This document shows positions 11,994 to 24,700 of a stretch of 64,000 bases of DNA, piece by piece. Position 1 is the first letter of the stretch; each line of letters opens with the position of its first letter. The DNA comes from Azolla caroliniana (lineage: Eukaryota; Plantae; Polypodiophyta). Below the pieces are notes generated by a model that worked only from the letters and a program-made list of their open reading frames with translations, searched no databases and was not told the DNA's origin. The stretch covers positions 21,142,001-21,206,000 of the forward strand of contig JBHGNT010000003.1 of NCBI GenBank assembly GCA_043228905.1. The letters are read 5' to 3'. The translations under genes and the position numbers were made by a program.

Positions 11994-14900
11994 TTCTTTG
12001 GGCTGACTAGCCATCTGTTGCAATTGCAACTAGTATCGAAATCCTAGTTCAAACATATGCACAGAATGTGATAAGGCCACTTTTGGATAAGGCCACTTTT
12101 GGGTCATGAACTTGTTGATCCTGGGGTATGGATATCTCATTTCTATATTTTTGTAAAGCGAGTAGTGTCATGTTTGGTTTTTTGATTTGGGGTTTTATTT
12201 CAGGTCATTGTTTGTGTGTCTTCAGAATTCTTGGAAATTTTAGCATCTCGTGTAGAGAATGCACGGCCTAGTTGGAGAGCAGAAGTTAGTCAAATTGACC
12301 CTTGCAGTCACCATGCATTGCTGATGTCAGATCATTCAGTGTTCTGGTCCACCAAAGGTATTTTTTATATAGATACTCATCTATTGAGTTATCTGAGGGG
12401 TACATAAGAGGTTACTTGTTTTTAACACATGTATATGTTTTTCATACGTGCTGAATAAATGCTTGGAAACTTTTGTTACTACCAAATTTCTGAATAAAAC
12501 ATACGAATGTGAGGGTTTAGGTTTAGGGAAAGGCACTTCACAGAAGTGAGGATAGAAGTGGGAGCTGCATTATAGATGATTATATTGTTTTCTGGAAGAG
12601 AAAAAAAATGAATACATGATATGGGCATTTCAAATTATTACAATTTTTGTACCTCTTACACAGTGTCTGTGACTATTATCTGTCCCCACTAATTTTGTAG
12701 TCCATCTAAGCTCTAAGGTGTGTGAGTGCATGGGTGGACTACCATTGTGAGCTACTCTCATTTGTAATAGAAAGTTTGTTTTCAGATATTCATCTTTGTG
12801 CTTGTAACTCTATATGCCTATCTAATCGATTCTCAATATTTCTAACATTATCTACATTCAGGATCCAAGAACTGAACACACACAAGTGTGGGGAGCCAGT
12901 TTCTACCGTCCAGGGAAGGAATCACTGGTTGGACATAATTATAGGCCAGAGGAACTTTATCTTGGATGGAATCCCCTAACATGAAACTACTAGAGCAGAA
13001 CTAGGAACTACATTAGTAGTGGTCAGTAGAGCCCTCTATTCAAGTGATCAGCTTTATGCAGATTATGGGAACTTCTCACACAAAGGTACTCATGAACCCC
13101 CCCTTCCGATACATCATTGACTGAACCTTTTTGGATCTCCATTGCACTGAATTGAATTGAGTAATCAAATGATCATTGTGAAGCTGGATACCGAACCAGC
13201 TTGGTTGAACCCACCACTCACCTTCATGCAGGATGAAACTTTAACAGAGTAACTTCCTACACATGCCACCAGATGGGTTTATCACCTGTCCCAACCACAT
13301 GAACACTCACCTTCGGCACAACATATACATATAAAGCATTATTTCCATACGTCGTCACATCAACTGCATATGGAGACAAGAAGGTATAAATGCCTGGAAT
13401 GAATTGACTGCCTCTGCTAAATTTGCTGTCTACAGATTGAAATAGAGAAGCACTTCCTGCATTGTAAATTACAAAATCCGAGAAAGATAGCACTGCCGCA
13501 ATAGAATACACTTTCCAGGAGAAGAGATACAAATCAATTCAGCCAGAAAGAACCATCACTAACTTCTTCATAACTACAACTCCACCCATGTCTTCCCCTC
13601 CAGCATCAATAGACAATGGAGCATGGACTGGCTCTCTGTGTAAAAAGGTCATGACCTTGGGACCTCTTCCAGAACCTCACAACCTCAAAATGATAGTAAC
13701 CATCATTGCCATTCTTAGGAGTCTTGGTTGTCATATTATTTTAACCCCTTCGATCTAAAATATTCAGTTAGGGACATATTGAAGACTCACCTCAATCTCG
13801 GCTTTTAATTTCTGCAAAGTGTAGCGTATTTATGATGAGATACAGTTTTGTCAATTTTATACATTTGGAAAAATGACTTGGTCTCATTGATCATGTTGGG
13901 TTATGCCAAATGGTTACATTACTCTTTCTTTCTAGTAGACACAGATATAGATATGGCTTATTCTCTCTATACATATACTATTATATTATGCAGGTAGAAA
14001 GAGAGAATTTGAATTTTTATCATCCATAAAGAAGCCAATTTTGACCTATGGAACCAGAGTATACATGTGTTCTTGATATGTGTCTCCTTCCTAAGAAGGG
14101 GTATTCATACATTGAAGCACAAAGTCTCTATGTGTGAATAAAGCATACACATATGAGCTCAACAGCTCAACCTTCTCGGTGGTGTCTTAAGTATGGAACT
14201 TAAGTTATCACTCCCTCTTAGTATGTCAGCATATCTTGAACAAATTGCACTATATGTCAAGCATGTGAAGAGCAAGTGACATTCATCCTCTACCATGCCT
14301 CCATTGCATACTTTGCATGTCTTCAAATTAGTTACATTTTGATACCATGATGCAACTTCAATACCTAACTTGTGAGATCGAGTGCAAAGTAGTGTAAGGG
14401 CTCTACGAGCATTACTACTCATATTGGTAATGAGATAAGGTTGGATACGATCAATAGGCATTCTTGCTTTATATTGACACCAACATTCAGGATTGACATT
14501 TGCCATATAGTATTTGAGAGAGAGAGAGAGAGTATGTTACTTGCTGTTTGTTTGGATGGTGCTTACTATTATCATTGCTTAATTGTTTTACAGAGCCTGG
14601 GAACAAAGCTCCTCCAAGCATTTCAGTAGAAATCAAGGTCATTATGCTAACTTTTAGAATTTACAAATAAATTAAGATAACTATTCATGCCTTTAAAAAT
14701 AATAAATGAATTAAGGTCATTATGCATATGTCAAAAATTATTGAATAAAGTAAGGTGAATATTTAGTAGTAAAAAAAGAAAACATTTATCCACATTGATC
14801 TTTTTTGTTGAGTAAGTCAAAGAACTTTGAGAATGCCCTGAAATTGCATAAAATGTTTTAAATGCCACCCAGCCGAAATGTGGCTTCTTACCAGATTCAG

Positions 14901-15519
14901 ACCTCATCGCAGCCAAAAACATCATCAAGAAGAAGGTTTCTCGCTTTTCAATGCATCAGACATTGAAACATTCGAAAGGACAGGTATTTCCAAATATGCA
15001 TTTTTCAAAAAAGAAAAATCAAATAACTCATATTGAAAAATAACCAGTTGAAATACATGCTTTCAAACTCTTCTTTTTTTTTATGTAGATAAAGAAGATT
15101 AGCCAGTATTCCCCATTAGACTTATTCTCTGGAAATCTGGAGAGGATAAGCCAAGCTGTCAATGATTTGTTTGAGAATCCGCAAAACAACTTGCGTGTTT
15201 TTATTGAAGGAAAAATCATTGAACACATTGAGTTTCCAAACTCACAACCGATGAATGAAGCTTTAATGGATTGCTTTCCATCATGTGAGACACTGGAAGA
15301 TGCGATCAAAGTCTTGAAATCTCTCATTTCACAGAGTCTATATGAAAATGATGTGTTAAAAAATCTACTGGCAGCCCAGAAGCTTGACAAATATGACATA
15401 GAAGGAGTGATGTGTGCCTACTGGAAAGCTTTTCCAGATGATCATGTTTCAAATGGAAATACCATGGATGATAAAAAAATCTTGGATGAGAAGGTGATCG
15501 AGGCTAGAAATAGTTTCCT
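11994..15519 (+). pseudogene. IPK1: Inverted partial IPK1 copy B1 (mid exon 2 to mid exon 6)
   Basis: Reverse complement of 1-2991 and of ~22662-26172. Exon pieces 11994-12125, 12204-12357, 14594-14637, 14873-14983, 15089-15519. No start exon; TGG>TAG near 12008; 16-bp duplication 12070-12101; exon 6 is fused to LSVPNYTLEQGNLTFGLLASG* (stop at 15583). Confidence 0.92.
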
Positions 15520-16900
15520 CTCTGTACCAAACTACACCCTTGAACAGGGAAACTTGACTTTTGGTTTGCTTGCAAGTGGATGACTCTTTAGAGAGGTTTG
15601 CCTCAGTGACCAAAACTATACCTTCAAAACACAACTTGGCTTTTGCTTTGCTTTGCACTGGTTCCGCTATGTTGATTGCAAATGATTGACCCTTTCTTGG
15701 TTTGAATGAATTTATAACTTTGAGCAAAAGAACTTCATTCCACTTTCATTGCAAGACATTCATTCTTAAGCTATAGTCCTTTCTTTGAACAAAACTGAAT
15801 CTGGAACAAAAACATAAATTTTGTTTGCTTTTGTGCCAAATGATTGCTAGTGTATAATCCCTTGAAAGAAACTGCTAAGGATTGGAAACTCAAAAAGACT
15901 GCAAGTTCTTCTAGTAGAATAATGGATTGGCGAAATACGATGACCTATTTCCTTATCCTGCTCACAGTGATAAATCTATAAGCTGTTTCTCTTTGAACAA
16001 AAGGCTACGTGGAGCAAAACTTTCACAACTTGAGTTTTGTTTTGCTAGCAAATACTATGTTAACCTGTTGAAAGGATTTTCTTCATGTAAAACCGATGCA
16101 GATCGTTCTTCTGTGTATTCTTATATCTGCAGAGATCAGGTAAGATTTGTGGTTATCGATATCCCAATTTCAAGAATGAATCTGAATGGCGGGGAAATGG
16201 TGAAATATGGACGACTCACAGAAACGAGGTTACACGTGGGGGACAAGCCTAAGTTGTTTCTTCAAAGAAGGAGGAGGAGGAGGAGAAACGCATAAGAGAG
16301 AGAAGGTCCTTCAACGACCATGAAAAGAAGAAAACAAACTCATAGGACTGCGAAATCAGCCAAGCGGAGAATGAAGAAAAGTAAGCAGAAATACATGTTG
16401 GTACAATGAGGATAAAAGAAGGAAGGAAGGAGGAATACATGTTGATGATCATGATGGAGACGAAGAAGAAGAACATGATGAAGATGATGAATCATGATGG
16501 TGATGAAGAAGATGAACATGAATAAGAAGGAGAAGAAGACGATCACATACCTGTTGTATCTCGATGATGAAGACGAAGACGATTGATGCAGAGCCGAGGG
16601 AGCTTTTCGTCTGTGGTTAGTGAGATGAGAGAGAGAGCTATGGATATGGATCTCTTATCAGGAAGCCATGGCGCAGAGAAAGGGGGGAAAAGAAGAGGAG
16701 AGAGAGAGAGAGAGAGAGAGATGGGTTTAGGGCAAAAGATCAAAAGAAAAGAAAGACAGACAGAAGAACGGGGAAGGGGAAGGGGGAGAATAGAGGGAGG
16801 CACTTTTTGCTTTTTGCTTTTTGCTTTTCTGCTTTTCTCCATGTCACGCTTTTTCTTTTTGCTTGCACTTTTTCTGAGACGCACAAGAGAAAATATCTCC
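15520..16900 (-). other. Putative captured 5' end (leader exons and introns) of an unrelated gene, pointing into antisense IPK1 (copy 1)
   Basis: Minus strand: CT-rich leader with (CT)n ~16700-16720, donor CAG|GTATGT at 16551, pyrimidine-rich intron, acceptor CTGATCTCTGCAG| at 16126, donor CAG|GTTAAC at 16065, acceptor GAGCAG| at 15957. No recognisable protein. Confidence 0.45.
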
Positions 16901-17199
16901 AATCCAATCCCCAATTTAACAAAACATACAAACACAAATACATATAGAGAGAAGGAATAAATACAACAAAAAAAAATGCACATTGAGAGAGAGAGATAGA
17001 GAGAGAAGCACTTTTTTCGGACTTTTTGTCCCCCTCATTTGTCCGCCCGATTGACCATCTTCACCTGCTTGCCACGCTATCGTTGATAGAGAGCAGTTTC
17101 GTTCTCGTTCGGCAAGCTCCATGTGCCCAATCATTATGCTCGTTACGAACAGGTGATATATATATTTAAGGTCCACGGGAGATGAATTGCAATCTATGA

Positions 17200-17243
<44 letters not shown>

Positions 17244-17777
17244 TTAACATCTTCTAAGGCCAAAATTGGCCCATGAGACAATTGGTGTACAACAGAATTG
17301 GGTATTTATCCAATCATCAAAAGTAAGAGAGAGAGAGAGAACAACATTGTTCGAGCGATGAACGGGTACGTCATCATACGTAAGGAGTAACTTAACTCAT
17401 TACATGAAACAGTATTAGGTGGGCACTGGGGACAAAGCCCAAACCAAGACATGAATGACACATTCTCCTTGTTATCACCAACACATTATGATACAAATCC
17501 GTCATAATAGCACATGTGATGAGTTAAGTTGGGTCCGAAAGGGAGCTAATAAAGAAGTTTAGAAACTATCAATGTGTCTTAAAACTATTTGAAGTTAAAA
17601 TCCCGAGGATAAGACATTTGGATTAGATCTAAGCTTTAGCCTCATAGTACACAATGGTTAAAAGTCAAAGCCTTTTAATGTTATTCAAAGAGAGTTACTA
17701 AAATATCCCCTCATACATTGTGCGAACTTTCGGAATGTCAATTGATGGAGAAACAAAAATCATGTGTGTGTGAGCCG

Positions 17778-17850
17778 ATATGGATGTAGCTTAGTTGTTA
17801 AGGTTGCCCAATGGAGACCAGGAGATCTTGGGTTGAACCCCTATATTCCA
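17778..17850 (+). other. tRNA-like sequence (pseudo-tRNA or tRNA-derived SINE head)
   Basis: A-box-like TAGCTTAGTTGTTAAG and B-box-like GGGTTGAACCCC at tRNA spacing, ending in CCA; stems are poor. Second copy at ~41005-41077. Confidence 0.45.
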
Positions 17851-19999
17851 GAGTGGCATCTAGTAAACGAAGAGGATATGTATGAAGTAATAGAGAGGTG
17901 AGAAATTTGGGGTTTGAAAGAGAGAATAGAATTGATGTTTTATTGTCCACGATGATGTCAATGGGACCAAATCAACATATCGTCTTGTATGTCACTCCTT
18001 CCTAAGAAATGGAGTTACAAAGATAGAGGGTGAGGGAGACTTTAGAATTTGGCGATGCCAAATAGATATAGGGAATTCATTGAGAATCTAGAAATGGTAA
18101 GCAAAGAAATGGAGGAACTTGAGAGAGAGAAACTTTTAGTACCTAGAAACTAAGAGAAGAGTGAAGGGAGGGGGAAGACAACACCAGGACACAAAATGGT
18201 AATTTTGTAATTTCAATACAATTTGTTTTTTCTTAGAATTATTTGTACGTGGATTTCCTCCTGACCTATGTATTGTATTTGTATCGACAAAATATATGAC
18301 AATTTGTCATAACAATTTTACTCTTACCTCAACCATGAATGCTTTACACATATCATTGCATTAAAACATATAGGTGGACACCATAAGGTGATGGACCATT
18401 TGACTGTGACAAGCTCTTATACACGTTCATTCCTTAGTATCACATCCAACTACTTTCTTCATCACATACACCCCTTTTGGGTTCATGGGATCTATAGGGC
18501 AATGAATGGCACACATCTTCTTGCAAGCATTGAAAGGGGCCTGCAAACATTTATTCTACCGCATGTCTTTACACTGCATATGAAACAAGAAAAGGAAGTT
18601 TAAATTTTGTGATGATAAACACATGTAGATGTATATATACAAGTTCTCGCTGAAACTACCTAGGTTGTATATGCATAAAAGGGTTAGGTAGCTACCCTTG
18701 TGCACTTATTTGTTCATTGTATGGAATGAACCACTTCAAGCATTCGTTGTGATGGTTTGATTGTATTCTCAAACGACAAACCCAATCCTCCTTTCTCCCT
18801 CTTTATCTATATTAATGTTTTTGTATGATAATATGAAATGGCTTGTGTTGTATGTACACATGACATCATAAGGTTATGTTGCAATTGCCCGTACATGCAA
18901 AACAAAACAAAAAAGGTACATACGTATGGTAACATCTGTAATATATATATATGGTACATATATACGGTAGCATTTGTAAAAACATTTATAGTTCAAGGTG
19001 TGGCGTAAATGTGTTTTATAACCTAAATGTCTAGTTGTAGTTGTCTCAATTGTTGTTGTTCATGGGTAGAGTCCACCCTCTCGACACATATAATAATATA
19101 AACTTGAAGGTGTAAGTTTATATGTGATTTCACTCGTTGTTCTGTAGATTTCTACATCTCATCAACCTTCTTAACTTCAAAAGGAGCTTCAATGGTTTCT
19201 TAAAGTTATTCTGTTTCAATGTTTTCATTACTTTAAGACGTTAACGACACTTTATGGACATGTGAAATAGATTCTTTCACTAGGCATCTCCATGCGCCCC
19301 AACCAATTAATGCAAGGAGGAAAATGTGTATTCTCATAGTAAAAATACAAATTTCCTAGCCACGTGTCAATTAACGCCAACCAACATCAACGTAAATATG
19401 CATCGACATAGTTGGTTCTATTAAATGTTATGCAACAAGTGAGGCGATAAAGGAAGAAATATGTGTGCAAGGGATCCAATCCCTAGCCTTATGTCATAAC
19501 CTTGTGAAAGGGCAAAACTTTTATACACATTAAAAATGTACATGTATTAAAAAACATACGCCCTTTATATGTATTAAAAATTCAAAAAGTATGCTAGCAT
19601 GTTTTCAGAACTACGCTATAATATATGTGCACTGTGAAGCTGGTCAAGGCATGAAATGAAAAATTAAGCTTAAGGACATAATATAGTGTAACCTAAAGCA
19701 CAACATATACAATTAGACTATGCACTAGCTTAATCACATAATAATCTTGACCAATTTAGTGTCTAACTAAAGTCATTAATGAACAATTTTTTCTAATAAA
19801 GACATAACTCATTTTCTGACATTTAAATTGTCATTAGCGAGACACATTTCCATATTATCATAGTTTTACATGTATTTGTTTAAGCTATAATTACGTACTT
19901 ACTATTTATTTTCAAGTGATTCAAAGTTATCCTTGACCAAGCACACACACACATAACATAACATAACTTCAAAAATAACGATTCATACTTTCTTATTTT

Positions 20000-20800
20000 T
20001 TATACAAATAGGCGCATTTCAGCTATAATATTCTTTATTGTACTCAATGAGCATATTTTGAATGTGAATAGTCATTGGCTATGACAACGAAACCCTCACC
20101 TTATAATGAGGTCAATTACATGTGGATATTTCCATCTATTTGTGAATTATATGGCGTACAATATCTATAGAAGTTCCTTGCACTCAGTGGACAATGATAA
20201 TTCTTTCCATGCATTAGGACGATTTTGGATGCCATATTATTTCTAAAAGCAAAACAATCATCAAAACAACTTCACATATTGTATTGACCCCAACATGTAT
20301 TTTATAATGATATCATCCTTTATACCCCAAAGTCTTCTTTCAGGAAGACGATCAAATCGATGGGAGAATGCAAAAATTGCCACTCTACATGTCACATAAG
20401 AAGCTTTAATACAAGAATAAGTTACAACCTCATTTAGAAGTATTGGATATCCTTGATTGTCCATGGAGTTGGCCAATCAAATATTGCATCTATCTTCTTT
20501 GAGTTCTTAGAGACTCCACTAGTAGAGATGACAAGCCCAAGAAATTGAATTCAAACTTGTTGAGCTTTGCATAGAAGACATGTTAACAGAGTTAGAGTAG
20601 GACTAGGTGTCTAGACGTACTTTGTGTATCCAATGAGGTCATTGGAATACCCAAATATTTGATAGAGATAAACAACAAGGATATAATAGAGGTACTTGTT
20701 GCAGATATCATTCATGTATTTTGGAACTTTGTTGGTGCATTTGTGAGATCAAGTTCAAGGTAGCTAATTAAACCACCCATTGTCCAATTACAAGTATTGA
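20000..20800 (-). mobile_element. Highly degenerate Ty3/gypsy RT-RNaseH relic
   Basis: Minus-strand translation with frameshifts gives TNAPTKFQ..MNDICNKYLYYILVVYLYQIFGYS..FYAKLNKFEF..FLGLVISTSGVSKNSKKIDAIFDWPTPWTIKDIQ..SQIDGNIH, collinear with the gypsy pol at 61263-63222. The second copy (~43400-48030) is split by a copia insertion. Confidence 0.75.
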
Positions 20801-21122
20801 ATTAAAATTGAAGAAATAGTGTTCCATTGGTAATGGATGTACCACGTGCAAATTGTTGAAAAGGAACTTGGATTTCTAATGTACCTATTGATGAAGTTGC
20901 TTCTATTTGGCCAATAAATCTTTCAAATGCCTACATGTTCTAGATGGATAGACATTAGTAAGATGGGTGACTTCTTCAAAGCTTTGAGCCACCTACAATT
21001 GACCTTAGAGAAGGGTTAAATGGTAAAGCAATTACAAACCAAGCTAAGAGTTGTCTATCCTTTGAACCAAGCATAACAATCTACAAAAGGAGCAGGTTGG
21101 TTGTGCCTATGCTTCCTAGTTG

Positions 21123-21480
21123 AGATTCCCTAGAAATCAATGTTTAATATTCCATCAAATTTCCTTGGAGTTAGTGGTTATTGAGCTGCAAAGGCATGAG
21201 TAGGATTGACTATGACCACTTAGTCGTACTTGTTGACTATGCTTTCAAAGAAAGTTGATAGCAATCAACATGCATACCCTAGCAAATTTATGAAGTTAGT
21301 GGTTATCAAGTATCTTGTCAATGATTGATTTATCATACTCATTGTATATGCCTCCAAGGAAAGTTCAGATTCCCTAACAATCAATGTTCAATACCCTACC
21401 AAATTTACGGAGTTGATGGTTATTGAGTGTCTTGCCAAGAAGACATGAGAAGGGTTGATAATGACCAATTTATCATACTC
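21123..21480. repeat. Degenerate ~120-bp tandem repeat (3 units)
   Basis: Recurring aatcaatgtt..ataccctaccaaattta..gagtt..tggttattgag at ~21130, ~21260 and ~21375; also at ~48355-48700. Confidence 0.55.
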
Positions 21481-21784
21481 TTGATCTTACTCTTCAAATT
21501 CTACCATTTAACTCAACTTAATACAAGTATCCTTTGCATGATTTCTCCAATCATTGGTACACATACTTTACAAACCCTTCAATATCAATATAAGAACCTT
21601 GAAAATATGTTGCTAAAGTAAAAGAGCAAAAATAGTCCCTTCTTCAGCAAGATAGTTACATCCATCTGTTCACTGGTTCTAAAAAATGTATTTCTATTAT
21701 TTAGAAACCCTTCAACATATTGGGGTAAGAATCTTGATAATTTTGCATGCTTTAAAATCAAGACAATCTTCATGTTCAAAATAA

Positions 21785-24700
21785 CTATGAAGAATGAAAA
21801 ACAGCCTTGTTTGGATTGGCACATAAATAAGCTCTCACAATCTGTTGATCAAGATCATAATAATATTGCATTTTCCCCAATGGCTTCAAGTCCAAATCTA
21901 CAAAACGAATCTGCATGCATAAAATCAAACAAATTAAAATGAGAGATCTGCAAATAATGACAGGTTATATACATATTTAAGAAAACTGGGATGGATAGAC
22001 CATCTAATAGCAAATATGATCACTCTCTAGGGAAAATTCCCAATATTATTATTTCCCCAAGTCACAAGTGTTATTTCCCCAAACACCCCCAAGTGAACTC
22101 AGATTTGCTATTCACACAAAAGTTTATACAGAAAATTCATCCCCTTCTCTCTTTCAAGGGTTGACTCCAGGGGCGTTTGGGGAAATTGTAAAATTCAGGG
22201 GTAGTTGGAGAAATAATGAAAAGTTCGATGGTATTCCAGATTATTTTTCCTTATGAATTATATGAAGAAAATTAAAATTTGAGTAAGAGATATCAAATAT
22301 ATTATGGAATATTGAAAGTGTACCAAACTTCAAATCGAAGCATTCTCCAGTTGATTAAATATATTACACAAAGATTGAATGCTGTACCAACCTTCAAATG
22401 GAAGCATTCTCCAGTAAGTGACGAGTGAAACATCTTATAATGCTGCTGATTATCAGAACTCATTGTTACCATATCAAGTGATCGCTGGAATGTGAGCATA
22501 AGACTACAATCCTTTGTTGTGGCAGCAATTAAATAGTCCCTCACAATTTTGATACAATCCATGAGGCTGAGGTTATCCACAAAAGTTTTTCTATTCTTCA
22601 TTGTCTCCTCATCCACACTTCCACGCCCATCAGCCACGTCCATCCTATCCCATACATCACCAGGAAAACTGTTTCTAGCCTCGATCACCTTCTCATCCAA
22701 GATTTTTTTATCATCCATGGTATTTCCATTTGAAACATGATCATCTGGAAAAGCTTTCCAGTAGGCACACATCACTCCTTCTATGTCATATTTGTCAAGC
22801 TTCTGGGCTGCCAGTAGATTTTTTAACACATCATTTTCATATAGACTCTGTGAAATGAGAGATTTCAAGACTTTGATCGCATCTTCCAGTGTCTCACATG
22901 ATGGAAAGCAATCCATTAAAGCTTCATTCATCGGTTGTGAGTTTGGAAACTCAATGTTATCAATGATTTTTCCTTCAATAAAAACACGCAAGTTGTTTTG
23001 CGGATTCTCAAACAAATCATTGACAGCTTGGCTTATCCTCTCCAGATTTCCAGAGAATAAGTCTAATGGGGAATACTGGCTAATCTTCTTTATCTACATA
23101 AAAAAAAAGAAGAGTTTGAAAGCATGTATTTCAACTGGTTATTTTTCAATATGAGTTATTTGATTTTTCTTTTTTGAAAAATGCATATTTGGAAATACCT
23201 GTCCTTTCGAATGTTTCAATGTCTGATGCATTGAAAAGCGAGAAACCTTCTTCTTGATGATGTTTTTGGCTGCGATGAGGTCTGAATCTGGTAAGAAGCC
23301 ACATTTCGGCTGGGTGGCATTTAAAACATTTTATGCAATTTCAGGGCATTCTCAAAGTTCTTTGACTTACTCAACAAAAAAGATCAATGTGGATAAATGT
23401 TTTCTTTTTTTACTACTAAATATTCACCTTACTTTATTCAATAATTTTTGACATATGCATAATGACCTTAATTCATTTATTATTTTTAAAGGCATGAATA
23501 GTTATCTTAATTTATTTGTAAATTCTAAAAGTTAGCATAATGACCTTGATTTCTACTGAAATGCTTGGAGGAGCTTTGTTCCCAGGCTCTGTAAAACAAT
23601 TAAGCAATGATAATAGTAAGCACCATCCAAACAAACAGCAAGTAACATACTCTCTCTCTCTCTCTCAAATACTATATGGCAAATGTCAATCCTGAATGTT
23701 GGTGTCAATATAAAGCAAGAATGCCTATTGATCGTATCCAACCTTATCTCATTACCAATATGAGTAGTAATGCTCGTAGAGCCCTTACACTACTTTGCAC
23801 TCGATCTCACAAGTTAGGTATTGAAGTTGCATCATGGTATCAAAATGTAACTAATTTGAAGACATGCAAAGTATGCAATGGAGGCATGGTAGAGGATGAA
23901 TGTCACTTGCTCTTCACATGCTTGACATATAGTGCAATTTGTTCAAGATATGCTGACATACTAAGAGGGAGTGATAACTTAAGTTCCATACTTAAGACAC
24001 CACCGAGAAGGTTGAGCTGTTGAGCTCATATGTGTATGCTTTATTCACACATAGAGACTTTGTGCTTCAATGTATGAATACCCCTTCTTAGGAAGGAGAC
24101 ACATATCAAGAACACATGTATACTCTGGTTCCATAGGTCAAAATTGGCTTCTTTATGGATGATAAAAATTCAAATTCTCTCTTTCTACCTGCATAATATA
24201 ATAGTATATGTATAGAGAGAATAAGCCATATCTATATCTGTGTCTACTAGAAAGAAAGAGTAATGTAACCATTTGGCATAACCCAACATGATCAATGAGA
24301 CCAAGTCATTTTTCCAAATGTATAAAATTGACAAAACTGTATCTCATCATAAATACGCTACACTTTGCAGAAATTAAAAGCCGAGATTGAGGTGAGTCTT
24401 CAATATGTCCCTAACTGAATATTTTAGATCGAAGGGGTTAAAATAATATGACAACCAAGACTCCTAAGAATGGCAATGATGGTTACTATCATTTTGAGGT
24501 TGTGAGGTTCTGGAAGAGGTCCCAAGGTCATGACCTTTTTACACAGAGAGCCAGTCCATGCTCCATTGTCTATTGATGCTGGAGGGGAAGACATGGGTGG
24601 AGTTGTAGTTATGAAGAAGTTAGTGATGGTTCTTTCTGGCTGAATTGATTTGTATCTCTTCTCCTGGAAAGTGTATTCTATTGCGGCAGTGCTATCTTTC

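Noticed and set aside
15927-17281. ORFs 15927-16295, 16543-16983, 16583-16960 and 16916-17281
   Set aside because: Low-complexity translations of GA/CT-rich sequence with no recognisable domain; better explained as leader, intron and promoter DNA.
22302-22391. ORF tail VGTAFNLCVIYLINW... as the IPK1 C-terminus
   Set aside because: Intron read-through: there is a donor AAG|GTTGGT at 22392 and a proper last exon with DLDLKP at 21785-21910.
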